Origin: Polyangiaceae bacterium
GTDB taxonomy: Bacteria; Myxococcota_A; Polyangia; Polyangiales; Polyangiaceae
NCBI GenBank assembly: GCA_033763455.1
Contig: JANRKO010000024.1
Location: 1-19,924, forward strand
Length of the DNA stretch: 19,924 nt
Reading direction: 5' to 3'
Both the position numbers and the translations under genes were made by a program. Positions 1 to 8,956 of the stretch are shown piece by piece. The notes under the pieces were generated by a model. The model was given only the letters and a program-made list of their open reading frames with translations, did no database searches and had not been told where the DNA came from. Positions within the stretch are counted from its first letter, which is position 1; each line of letters begins with the position of its first letter.

Positions 1-17
1 TAGTTCTCATCCAGAAA
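1..17 (+). repeat. Left terminal inverted repeat of IS (may include part of the target site)
   Basis: Exact reverse complement of 1623-1639. Confidence 0.9.
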
Positions 18-131
18 CGGCAAGAGCTCGAAAATAAAGCTGTTCTTGATGGTTAATGATGGAAATAAAAGCATCGGAGTGCGTGTTTTCTCGGGGTTCC
101 TCCAAGAACGCTCGAAAGAAACGGCACTCCG

Positions 132-1469
132 ATGCGAGAAAAAGTACACCAGCAACTGCGACTTGTCACGGGTAGAATCGATCACGTCCACGCCCAGGAA
201 TGGGACGCCATTAGCGCCATCCTGGACAGCCTTCCCAGAGCGCTGACCACAGTCCACGCAGATCTGGTAGAAGGGACCCGGAGTCCGCACGTGGGCCGCG
301 GTGCCATGAGCAGCGAACAAGTTCTTCGTGCACTGATCGTCAAGCAGCTCAATGACTTCAGCTACGACGAGCTCGGGTTCCATCTTCAGGACTCGCTCAC
401 CTATCGGCGCTTCTGTCGCTTCGGAATGGGCCAGAGTGCGCCTAAGCGCTCGACGCTACAGGCCAACATGAAACGCATCAAGCCATCGACGCTCGAGATG
501 ATCAACTGCATGGTGATTCGCGAGGCGGTCGAAAGGAAAATCGAGAGCGGCACGAAAGTTCGCATCGACTGCACGGTTGTCGACGCCAACATCCATCCCC
601 CCACTGACTCGACGCTGCTGCGCGATTGCGTCCGCGTGCTGGTGCGTCTCATGAAGCGAGCCCGCCGCTGGGTTTCGACGCGTTTCGTCAATCACCTGCG
701 ACGCGTTAAGCGACGAGTTCTAGACATTCTGAACGCGAAGGCTCACCGTTTCATGATCCCCAAGTACCGTGAGATCTTGAAGCTGACCTCACGCACGCTG
801 GAGAGCGTGAAGAGCATCATCACCGCACTCGGGCGAATCTCCAATCCTGCAGCTCGCCGTTTGCAGGGAAAATTGCTGCACTTTTGCTCGCTAGCAGAGC
901 GCGTTGTCGACCAGACGACACGTCGAGTCGTTCGAGGCGAGAAGGTGCCCGCGCAGGAGAAGGTGGTTTCGATCTTTGAGCCGCACACGGATGTTATCGT
1001 CAAAGATCGCCGCGAGACGTTCTACGGCCACAAGGTCTGTCTCGCGGCTGGCTCGTCCGGTCTCGTCGTCGATCTGCAGACACTTACCGGCAATCCGGGC
1101 GACTCGACCCTTGCTGTTTCTGCCGTCAAGAGGGCGGCCAAAGCGTTAGACCGAACCCCAAGTAGCGTCGCTTTTGACGGAGGCTTCGCGGCTCGACAGA
1201 ACCTCACCGACATTCGCGCGCTCGGCGTCAAGAACGTCGTATTCAGCAAACACGTTGGGTTCAACATCACCGAGATGGCGCGTGATCGGCCCACCTACAA
1301 GGCCCTTCGCAACTTTCGCGCGGGCATCGAAGCAAGCATCTCGACCCTCAAGCGCGCTTTCGGATTTGCTCGATGTACCTGGCGCGGTCGCGAATCGTTT
1401 CATGCGTACGCATGGAGCTCCGTTCTCGCATGCAATCTCCTCCAGTTTGCTCGTCACCTGCTTTCCTGA
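132..1469 (+). CDS. DDE transposase (IS5-like/ISNCY), 445 aa, apparently intact
   Basis: N-terminal InsH/DUF772-like region (FSYDELGFHLQDSLTYRRFC). Catalytic-like motifs RIDCTVV, FDGGF and RAGIEASISTLKR. Lies between the IRs. Confidence 0.93.
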   Translation: MREKVHQQLRLVTGRIDHVHAQEWDAISAILDSLPRALTTVHADLVEGTRSPHVGRGAMSSEQVLRALIVKQLNDFSYDELGFHLQDSLTYRRFCRFGMGQSAPKRSTLQANMKRIKPSTLEMINCMVIREAVERKIESGTKVRIDCTVVDANIHPPTDSTLLRDCVRVLVRLMKRARRWVSTRFVNHLRRVKRRVLDILNAKAHRFMIPKYREILKLTSRTLESVKSIITALGRISNPAARRLQGKLLHFCSLAERVVDQTTRRVVRGEKVPAQEKVVSIFEPHTDVIVKDRRETFYGHKVCLAAGSSGLVVDLQTLTGNPGDSTLAVSAVKRAAKALDRTPSSVAFDGGFAARQNLTDIRALGVKNVVFSKHVGFNITEMARDRPTYKALRNFRAGIEASISTLKRAFGFARCTWRGRESFHAYAWSSVLACNLLQFARHLLS

Positions 1470-1622
1470 TCCAACTTCTCCAGCCCGTGCACTCAGGGGA
1501 TCAGGCACACGTGTCTCGAAAATTCTCCCTTTGACGACATAAGCACTGTCTCGAGACCACTCAAGCTAACCTCGCAGTCCCATCACACCCAGCAACCGCT
1601 CCCCAGATCGCGATTTGCAGCA

Positions 1623-1639
1623 TTTCTGGATGAGAACTA
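1623..1639 (-). repeat. Right terminal inverted repeat of IS (may include part of the target site)
   Basis: Exact reverse complement of 1-17. Confidence 0.9.
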
Positions 1640-2029
1640 GTTATCGAAGGCAGTGCCGACGGCACGCACTTCCAAGAGTATGACTTCAAATTCAAACCGG
1701 ACTCTCTTGACGCCTACCCTGCTTTTTCGACCCCACACATGCCACGCCTCGACTGGCAATTGTGGTTTGCGGCACTTCAGAGCCTCCCCGACGCTCCCTG
1801 GGTAAGCACCCTCTGCCAGCGGCTCCTCGAAGGCTCTCCCCAGGTTCTCTCCTTGCTAGGGCACAACCCCTTCCCCAACGCCCCTCCCCGATTCGTAAGA
1901 GCTGCACTCTACCGCTACCGCTTCACGGACTGGAGCGAGCACCACTCCTCGGGCGCTTGGTGGAAGCGTGAAAAGCTCGGCCCCTATTCCCCGATCTATT
2001 TCAAGGGCGGTTACGGCTGGACGCTCTAA
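1637..2029 (+). pseudogene. 3' fragment of a lipase maturation factor (LMF1) family gene, truncated at the IS
   Basis: The frame from 1637 reads LVIEGSADGTHFQEYDFKFKPDSLDAYPAFSTPHMPRLDWQLWFAAL...NPFPNAPPRFVRAALYRYRFTD...GAWWKRE, matching the LMF C-terminal motifs. In-frame TGA at 1631-1633 inside the IS; the N-terminal membrane part is absent. Confidence 0.88.
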
Positions 2030-2210
2030 GCGCGAACGACTCTGCGACACAATTCGCACGCGGAGTAGCACCAACAAGCCAGGGCCCGCTCCATCCGCGC
2101 AACAGATACTTAGCATGCTAAGATTCGTCCACCAACCGGTATCCCCCTCATGCGCCCACGGAATACCGCGTGCCCGCACGAGTAGGCGCTTCCCCACGCA
2201 CCCCCGAGCC

Positions 2211-3269
2211 TCAGCGCGCAGTTCTTCGCGCAACGACGCCCAGCTCGTAGAGGGACTCAGCAGTGGCAAAAAGCGTGTCCTCGATTGCCGTGTACTTCAT
2301 GCCGAACGAGGCTTCACCCCCATCCTCAAGCAAGAGCTCTCTCCCCAGGTTGTGTTTAAGAAAACCCAGGCTCACTCGAGGATCCAAGAGCGCATTGGCA
2401 AAGAGAAGCCAATTGGGCAGGGTGCGAGTTCGGATCCCTTGATACGGGAACTTCGCTGCTAAGCTTGCTGCAAGCTCACGCCAGTCGCGGCCACGATTTA
2501 CCATCACCACGCGCTGCGCTCTTTTACCTCCTTCGAGCAGCGTTACCGCGGCCCTTGCTATGTCTCGCACATCCACGATGGAAAAATTCAATTTCGGGCA
2601 TCCAGGGTAGGCTCGGCTCAAGATATCGCGCACGATTCCGGGGCTGGAGCGCACATGCGCAGGGCTCAGCAAAGGTCCAAGGACGTATCCCGGACAGATT
2701 ACATTAAGCTCAAATGGTGATAGCGCGGGCTCCGATTGGCTCTTCGCCTGAAGTTCCCAAGCAAGCTTTTCGGAGAGCGTTTTGGCCAAACCGTAAGGGT
2801 TAGTTGCAAGGTTGGCATCTTCGCACCAGTCTTTTGCCGAAAATTTGTAATCCCGTGAATGCGCGTAGGTTATGAGGGCTGCTATCGACGAGAGATGCAC
2901 TACGGTGTGAGTCCTTGAGGAGCGCGCAGCCGCTCCGAGCACGTGGCGAGTCCCTTCCACGGCAACATCCACAATTTCACGTTGTGGATCCTTTGCCGCA
3001 AAGCTTACCACCGCTGCGCAATGAATGACCCCATCCGCGTCAGCTACTATGCCATCCCACACGCCTGGCTCCAATACATCCGCCTTCACACACTTCAGGC
3101 GCTCGCTGCCGGGCATAGCGAACAGATGCCGCAGGCTCTCAGTGCGCTGCGGGTTGCGCACTGGAGCAATCACAGAATAACCCTTTTCAAGCAATGTGCG
3201 TGCAACGTGGGAACCAATGTACCCTGTCGCACCGGTCACACAGACTTGCCGAACGCGCTCAATGTTCAT
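2211..3269 (-). CDS. NAD-dependent epimerase/dehydratase, extended SDR (dihydroflavonol/aldehyde reductase-like)
   Basis: TGATGYIG Rossmann motif, VIHCAA, LSSIAA and the YGLAK catalytic YxxxK. Start placed at ATG 3269 (MNIERVRQ); the ORF extends to 3308. Confidence 0.9.
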   Translation of the reverse strand: MNIERVRQVCVTGATGYIGSHVARTLLEKGYSVIAPVRNPQRTESLRHLFAMPGSERLKCVKADVLEPGVWDGIVADADGVIHCAAVVSFAAKDPQREIVDVAVEGTRHVLGAAARSSRTHTVVHLSSIAALITYAHSRDYKFSAKDWCEDANLATNPYGLAKTLSEKLAWELQAKSQSEPALSPFELNVICPGYVLGPLLSPAHVRSSPGIVRDILSRAYPGCPKLNFSIVDVRDIARAAVTLLEGGKRAQRVVMVNRGRDWRELAASLAAKFPYQGIRTRTLPNWLLFANALLDPRVSLGFLKHNLGRELLLEDGGEASFGMKYTAIEDTLFATAESLYELGVVARRTAR

Positions 3270-3440
3270 GGCTGCACTGTACCATCGGCCTTTCCAACGG
3301 AAGAGCACCGCGCCAACGCCTAAGCGCTGGCCCGCTCAGCTCGGGGCGCATCCGTCCAGGGAACGCCTCATTTCTGCTTATTTTCCGCCGCTAGGTGCAT
3401 CTTCGCGGTGTTGTGCTTAATGTCCGTTCGCGGAAGAACG

Positions 3441-4688
3441 ATGCTACCACCTAACGCCCTTATCCGAGCTTATGGCCCGGGCCTGGGCGCGTGCTTCATC
3501 TACGCGCTCGTCGCTCTTTCCTGCAGCCCCAACTCCGACCCTAATGTTGGCGAACCCAACGTTTCTCGGCAGGGCGGGCGCCATTCCCGCCTTTTTGCTC
3601 AGACGGCGGACCCGCTCCCCAACGGCCTAGCCACTGCCACTGTCGCCGCACCTAGCGCCAATCCTACGTTCGTTTCGCCCACCACTGCCACTGCTCCCGG
3701 TGAGATTTCTCCCATCGCCATTGCCCGTGCCACGGCCGCTGCCGACGAATTTCGTCTGGCGTTTGGATCTTGCAACAAGCAATTCCTCCCACAACCCCTC
3801 TGGAAGGTGATCCAAGCAACGGATCCCCACGCTTGGCTTTGGCTGGGCGATATTGTGTATGCTGATTCAGCTGACGACATCAGCGTAATCCAAAAAGCGT
3901 ACGAAAAGCTGGGCGCAAATCCGGATTATCAAGCTTTCACCCGTAATCGGTTGGTGTTCGGCACCTGGGACGACCACGATTTCGGCGAGAATAACGCCGG
4001 CAAAGATTATAAGCTGAAGAGGCAAACTCAGGCGGCCCTTCTCGATTTCCTAAAAGAGCCTGCGGATAGCCCGCGACGCCGACAAGAGGGTATCTACACC
4101 ATCCAGGATCTAGATGGTGGCCAAATCCGCGTATTTGTTCTCGACACCCGTTACGAACGCGACACACCACATAAAAATGCCACCCCCCTCGGCGAAGATA
4201 TTGGGGATATTCTCGGAGAAAAACAATGGGCATGGTTTGAACGTGAGCTTGCCAATTCCCGCGCCCGTGTCCACGTCATCGCGTCTTCCATCGAGGTCCT
4301 ACCAGATGACCACCACTCTGAGCGGTGGGCTGAGCTTCCCGTGGCACGTTCCCGCCTTCTCAAGCTCCTGGCACAATATTCCCGAGCCACGACCGTGATC
4401 GTCAGTGGGGATCGACATTTTGCGGAACTTTCGCTCATGAAGGAAGGCAAAACGACTTACGTAGAGCTCACGTCAAGTGGGCTTACGCACTCGTGGCATG
4501 GGGGCAAGAACGAGCCGAACCGCTACCGCGTGGGTCAACCATATACGGGGCTCAACTTTGGCCTCCTGACACTCAAGGCTCGCCCGCCTCGCCTTACCAT
4601 TCAGGTCCGGGGCCGTCAGAACGAAGTGGAGCTCCACTACGAGCTTCCCGTGGCACCGCCCGTAAGCGCAGCTCCGGCCTCCAAGTAG
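3441..4688 (+). CDS. phoD: Alkaline phosphatase D (PhoD) family metallophosphatase, probable lipoprotein
   Basis: FGSCNKQ, WLWLGDIVYAD, TWDDHDFG, LDTRYER and SGDRHFAE motifs. N-terminal hydrophobic stretch ending LVALSC. Start uncertain (3408/3420/3441). Confidence 0.88.
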   Translation: MLPPNALIRAYGPGLGACFIYALVALSCSPNSDPNVGEPNVSRQGGRHSRLFAQTADPLPNGLATATVAAPSANPTFVSPTTATAPGEISPIAIARATAAADEFRLAFGSCNKQFLPQPLWKVIQATDPHAWLWLGDIVYADSADDISVIQKAYEKLGANPDYQAFTRNRLVFGTWDDHDFGENNAGKDYKLKRQTQAALLDFLKEPADSPRRRQEGIYTIQDLDGGQIRVFVLDTRYERDTPHKNATPLGEDIGDILGEKQWAWFERELANSRARVHVIASSIEVLPDDHHSERWAELPVARSRLLKLLAQYSRATTVIVSGDRHFAELSLMKEGKTTYVELTSSGLTHSWHGGKNEPNRYRVGQPYTGLNFGLLTLKARPPRLTIQVRGRQNEVELHYELPVAPPVSAAPASK

Positions 4689-5626
4689 CCCACGACTTCC
4701 GCCAAACGCACGAAGCTTCGCCCGTCTGCTTGAAGCTGCTGCACCACGGCGCTGAGCGTCTTTGCCTTATTTTTCCAGGGGATCGCGAGATCCGGCTGAT
4801 GCGGCACGAGCGCCGCCAAGCCGTCGGTTTGGTCCAGAAAATCGATCCCGTGTAGCTCCAAATTGACGAACTCTTCAGAAGATAAGCTGCGAGTAAGAAG
4901 CCTTGAACCCGGCTCCCCAAGCGCGGTGAGCGCTGTTCCAATAATGGGCAAGCGCAACGTGGGGGTTACCTGAATGGGCAATTCCCAAAGCCCATGGCCA
5001 CTCGTAGTGTAGGGAGAGCCCAAGCGATAGGGGCGAGTGGGAGCTGTGAGCACTGAAAGTGAATCTATGAGCGAACGCGAACGTTTCCCCACGAGGCGCT
5101 TTAGCCCAATCGCCGCACCTTTCGCAGCATAGTAGAGAGGGCACGGGAACACAGAGGAATCGTAAAGCGCTCCACTTTTTCGGACCACTTCCAAGAGCTT
5201 ATCGGTGACAACATAGCCGGGTGCGCGAAACCCAACCGCGCCGGGCCCCGCAATCTGCTGCACCGAGCGAGCTCCTTCTTCAACTTGTCGGCGTTGTTCT
5301 TCGGAAGGCAAGCGCGAAAGATCGTAACGGTGATCTAGCGAATGATTTCCGAGCTCATTGCCGCCGGCATACAGCAAGAATAGCCGCTTCTGATTCTCTT
5401 CATTGTTCAAGTCCGCACCCACCACGAAAAGCGTGAGCGGGATCCCCAAGGTATCGGCCCAGGCTCGGACCCGGGCTAGAGCGACTTCGTAAACAGTTCG
5501 GGGCGCTTGTGCCGCACCGGAGAGGCCGTGGATCGCGAGATAACAGCCGATTTCATCCAGATCGACCGATACGGCGCCCAGCCTCGTGGCGCGTTGGGCC
5601 CAGGGCTCACTTGGCCGGAGACTCAA
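4637..5626 (-). CDS. Polysaccharide deacetylase (CE4/NodB-like) family protein
   Basis: SVDLDE, TLFVVG, ELGNHSLDH, GFRAPGY and YDSS motifs. TTG start uncertain; overlaps the upstream OmpA gene stop and the phoD 3' end. Confidence 0.87.
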   Translation of the reverse strand: MSLRPSEPWAQRATRLGAVSVDLDEIGCYLAIHGLSGAAQAPRTVYEVALARVRAWADTLGIPLTLFVVGADLNNEENQKRLFLLYAGGNELGNHSLDHRYDLSRLPSEEQRRQVEEGARSVQQIAGPGAVGFRAPGYVVTDKLLEVVRKSGALYDSSVFPCPLYYAAKGAAIGLKRLVGKRSRSLIDSLSVLTAPTRPYRLGSPYTTSGHGLWELPIQVTPTLRLPIIGTALTALGEPGSRLLTRSLSSEEFVNLELHGIDFLDQTDGLAALVPHQPDLAIPWKNKAKTLSAVVQQLQADGRSFVRLAEVVGYLEAGAALTGGATGSS

Positions 5627-6410
5627 GCACCACCCGCAAAATCACGCGGCGATCGCTTGGAACCTCTTGCCGCGGCCCGTCAGTTCCGAGAGCCACACTG
5701 GCGGTCAGCACGTTCAGCCTTCCGGCATCCACACCGCGCTGCACCAAAGCCGCCCGCACTGCTTGAGCGCGTTGGCTCGCCAGAAGCTGCGGCTCTCCGA
5801 GCGTGACAGAGCCAACAACGGACACGCACTCAATACCGGGCCGTGCATTCAGCTCTTCAGCGAATTGATCTATCAACTTCAAGCTCTCGGCAGTAGGAGT
5901 AACCAAGCCCTGCTCAAATAGCAGCCATTCTTTGAAGCTCGGTGGAGCATTGACGGGAACATTGTCTGGCTGTACGGCACCGGCATCGATCTTAGCGCAA
6001 CCCGTTGGGCCCGAAGGCTCTGCCGCTTCGAGCGTTGCGGGGTCAAACGCGGGAGCATTCACTTGCACGGGGCCGGCAAAGCAAGAATCCGGCGGCGGGG
6101 GCGTACTGCTACAACTCACGGTTTCGTGTTGCTTGAGGTACCCAAGGAATGCTTGCTCGTAAACACCGCGCACTTGATATTCAAGGCGCACCTCAGGTGG
6201 GGTAAAATTGGGCGTTTCGGTGTTGGGTTGGGGTGAAAAAATCACTTCGTAGACGCTCATCGGCACGGGGAATTCCACCTCTTTCGTCTTCACGACGGAG
6301 CGTGCGACGCACATTCCCTTCCAGCTTTCGGGCGTACAACGGGACACCTGCGGGCCCCCACAAGCTAAGGCGGTGCCCAACAAAAACCCACTCACAATCC
6401 AGATGCGCAC
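5607..6410 (-). CDS. OmpA-family C-terminal domain lipoprotein
   Basis: Lipobox LGTALA-C. C-terminal OmpA-like motif LASQRAQAVRAALVQRGVDAGRL...DRRV. Confidence 0.82.
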   Translation of the reverse strand: MRIWIVSGFLLGTALACGGPQVSRCTPESWKGMCVARSVVKTKEVEFPVPMSVYEVIFSPQPNTETPNFTPPEVRLEYQVRGVYEQAFLGYLKQHETVSCSSTPPPPDSCFAGPVQVNAPAFDPATLEAAEPSGPTGCAKIDAGAVQPDNVPVNAPPSFKEWLLFEQGLVTPTAESLKLIDQFAEELNARPGIECVSVVGSVTLGEPQLLASQRAQAVRAALVQRGVDAGRLNVLTASVALGTDGPRQEVPSDRRVILRVVLESPAK

Positions 6411-6457
6411 GATAAAGGAGTGTCAAGGAAGAGGCCTCGGAAGGCAAGGGCGGAAGG

Positions 6458-8413
6458 GTGCTTGTTCTTGGCGCAGGGCTGGCGCATACACCCCGGGGTG
6501 TGACGGCTTTGGCTTCGCTCGATCTAGACGCCGGGCTCAAACGCCTGGGCTACGATGAATTTCGGCCCGGCCAGCGAGAATCTATTCTGGCACTCTTGGA
6601 GCACGGCAAGTTGCTGTTAGTGGCTCCCACAGGCGGCGGAAAAAGCTTGTGTTATCAGCTCCCGGGTTCCTTGCTGCCCGGCACCACCGTGGTGATCTCG
6701 CCACTCATCGCGCTCATGCACGATCAAGTCGAGGCCCTCACCGCCCGAGGCATTGCGGCCACATACCTAGCGGCCACCTTGCCCCCGGAAGAGACCCGGC
6801 GCCGCCTCGCTAACCTGGCACGCGGGGAATACCAAATGCTGTACGTGGCCCCAGAACGCCTAGGCTTCCCTGGGTTTCGAGCTACTGTGCGCGCACTTTC
6901 TTGCCCGCTTGTGGCGATCGATGAAGCGCATTGCATCAGCGAATGGGGCCACGATTTCCGGCCTGATTACCTCGGCATCGGAGATTTTGTGCGGCAGCTT
7001 TCGGGCGCCAAGATCTTGGCATGCACCGCCACCGCAACCCCCATCGTGCGCGACGAAATTCTGCAGCGGCTCGGCCTGGGCGCCGACACGCCACAGGTTC
7101 TCCGCGGCTTCGCCAGGCCCAACCTTATCCTACGAGCCCGCGAGATTTCCACGCTCAAAGAGCGGGAAAAGCACGTCGATGCCACGCTCGGCGAGGCACT
7201 CGGCAAGCCAAAGAGCCCGCGCGGCACAGCAATTCTATATTCACTCACACGCAAAGGTGCCGAGCGTGAAGCGGAACGCTTAAGTTCCCTCGGCTGGGGT
7301 GTGGTTGCCTACCACGCGGGGCTTGCTTCAAAAGATCGAGAACGGGCCCAGGCGCGCTTTATTTCAGGTGAAGTGAACGTGGTGGTCGCTACCAATGCGT
7401 TCGGCATGGGGATCGATCGGGGAGATGTGCGCGCGGTGGTGCACCTAGGGCCGCCGGGCTCCATTGAAGCCTATTATCAGGAAGTGGGGCGTGCAGGGCG
7501 CGATGGAGAACCTGCAATTGGGCTTTTGCTGGCCCGCCCGCAGGATCTCACGCTGCGCCGCCAATTGCTGCAGAGCGAAGCGGACGGCAGAGTGCCTGAT
7601 CCGGCGATCGTGGAACACAAATGGAATCTCTTTCTTGAACTCATGCGTTGGGTGGAAGGCGGAACCTGCCGCCACGACGCGATTCTGCGCTATTTCGAGG
7701 ATGAAGCAGAAACATTGCAGGGCTGCGGCCGCTGCGATGTGTGTTTGGGCCTTGCTACCGAAGACGACGCAAGCGAACAAGAAACGGCTCTCATTGTACG
7801 CAAAGCCTTGAGCGCGGTGGCGCGTGTGCACGCGCAAATGGGGCTCACCGCTGCCGTGAAGCTCGCACGCGGCCAGAAAGATCCGCGCCTAGAGCGTTCC
7901 GGCCTCGAAAGCACACCGACGTTCGGTGTGCTCAAGTCCTATTCGGAAGAGTGGCTCACCAAGCTCCTGCGCCGCTGTATGACGGCAGGGTGGCTCAGCT
8001 TCACCAAAGACGAACGCCCGCTCATTCGCCTCACGCAAGAAGGGCGTGAGGTGATGAAAGGCCTCCGCCCTATTCGCCTGCGTTTGCCGCCTCGGGATCG
8101 CTCTCCGGGAGCAGGCTTCGGTAAGGGGCAATCTGAACGTGGCTCACGCGCCGAAGAAGCCGTGGATCCCGCATCCCACGATCTGTTCGAAGCGCTGCGC
8201 GCCCATCGGCTAGAGATCGCTCAAACCCAGGGAGTGCCAGCCTATGTGGTGGCAAGTGATCGCACGCTGCGCGACATTGCGCTCCTTCGCCCCCAGACCG
8301 AAGATCAGCTCTTGCTAGTGCATGGCATAGGCCCAGCCAAAGCCGCGGCTTACGGTGCGGGCTTTCTGGGCGTGGTGCGCGAGCGCGGGGATGTTAAAAC
8401 TGAGAAGCGCTAG
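6458..8413 (+). CDS. recQ: ATP-dependent DNA helicase RecQ
   Basis: FRPGQ, APTGGGKS, DEAHCISEWGHDFRP, TATAT, YHAG, ATNAFGMGID, QEVGRAGRDG. Zn motif CRH...CGRCDVC, RQC region and C-terminal HRDC (VPAYVVASDRTL...GIGPAK). True start may be slightly downstream. Confidence 0.95.
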   Translation: MLVLGAGLAHTPRGVTALASLDLDAGLKRLGYDEFRPGQRESILALLEHGKLLLVAPTGGGKSLCYQLPGSLLPGTTVVISPLIALMHDQVEALTARGIAATYLAATLPPEETRRRLANLARGEYQMLYVAPERLGFPGFRATVRALSCPLVAIDEAHCISEWGHDFRPDYLGIGDFVRQLSGAKILACTATATPIVRDEILQRLGLGADTPQVLRGFARPNLILRAREISTLKEREKHVDATLGEALGKPKSPRGTAILYSLTRKGAEREAERLSSLGWGVVAYHAGLASKDRERAQARFISGEVNVVVATNAFGMGIDRGDVRAVVHLGPPGSIEAYYQEVGRAGRDGEPAIGLLLARPQDLTLRRQLLQSEADGRVPDPAIVEHKWNLFLELMRWVEGGTCRHDAILRYFEDEAETLQGCGRCDVCLGLATEDDASEQETALIVRKALSAVARVHAQMGLTAAVKLARGQKDPRLERSGLESTPTFGVLKSYSEEWLTKLLRRCMTAGWLSFTKDERPLIRLTQEGREVMKGLRPIRLRLPPRDRSPGAGFGKGQSERGSRAEEAVDPASHDLFEALRAHRLEIAQTQGVPAYVVASDRTLRDIALLRPQTEDQLLLVHGIGPAKAAAYGAGFLGVVRERGDVKTEKR

Positions 8414-8440
8414 TTTGGAAGTTGAAGCACTGCTTCCGGC

Positions 8441-8956
8441 TCACGCAACTTCCACGACCACATAAGAACGCTTCTTGGCTGGAACGGAAAGCTCCACTTC
8501 ATCCCCCACGTGCTGCCCCAAGAGGGAACGACCAAGCGGCGAGCTCGCCGTCAGCACCACGAGCTCAAGCATTCGCTCACCTGGCCCGACCGAAACCTGG
8601 AGCCGTGCCCCGGCGCCCGCGGGTGCCAAAAGGAACGTAGACTGCTCTCCTGAATCTTGATCTTCCAACTGAACAATGGCGCCCATCGCAAGCGGATCGC
8701 TCGGCCGAAAGGCACGCGGGCGCACCACAGACAGCTTGGTGAGCCCTTCGGTGAGCTCCACCACGCGCAATGCCTGACCACGCGCCAGGTAGCTCACCTC
8801 CGTGGCGCGCATGTCTTTATCCCCCTCAGCGCGCCCCTCTTCGTGCGTGGCGCCCTCTTGCGACTGCTTCTGAGCCTTTTCCATGATGCCGAGCTCCTCT
8901 TCGAGCTTCAGCTTCAAGGCTTCCCAGAGGGCTATTTTGTCGATTTTGGCGATCAC
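8441..8956 (-). CDS. GreA/GreB-family transcription elongation factor-like protein
   Basis: N-terminal coiled coil plus C-terminal Gre domain (MGAIVQL...SSPLGRSLLGQHVGDEVEL). GTG start overlaps the ttcA TGA stop. Confidence 0.8.
   Translation of the reverse strand: MIAKIDKIALWEALKLKLEEELGIMEKAQKQSQEGATHEEGRAEGDKDMRATEVSYLARGQALRVVELTEGLTKLSVVRPRAFRPSDPLAMGAIVQLEDQDSGEQSTFLLAPAGAGARLQVSVGPGERMLELVVLTASSPLGRSLLGQHVGDEVELSVPAKKRSYVVVEVA

Larger units (their letters stand above)
1..1640 (+). mobile_element. Insertion sequence, IS5-like/ISNCY-type DDE element, ~1.64 kb
   Basis: Perfect inverted repeats TAGTTCTCATCCAGAAA (1-17) and TTTCTGGATGAGAACTA (1623-1639) flank a single transposase ORF. The right end finishes in CTAG (1637-1640), the likely target. 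The exact IR/target boundary is ambiguous because CTAG is palindromic and the left flank is outside the window. Confidence 0.92.

Noticed and set aside
1531..1560. Outward-facing IS promoter (TTGACG as -35)
   Set aside because: No credible -10 hexamer at 16-18 bp spacing.
1739..2029. 96-aa ORF as a standalone gene
   Set aside because: The Met is internal to an LMF motif (PHMPRLDWQ) and homology extends upstream to the IS junction, so it is a fragment.
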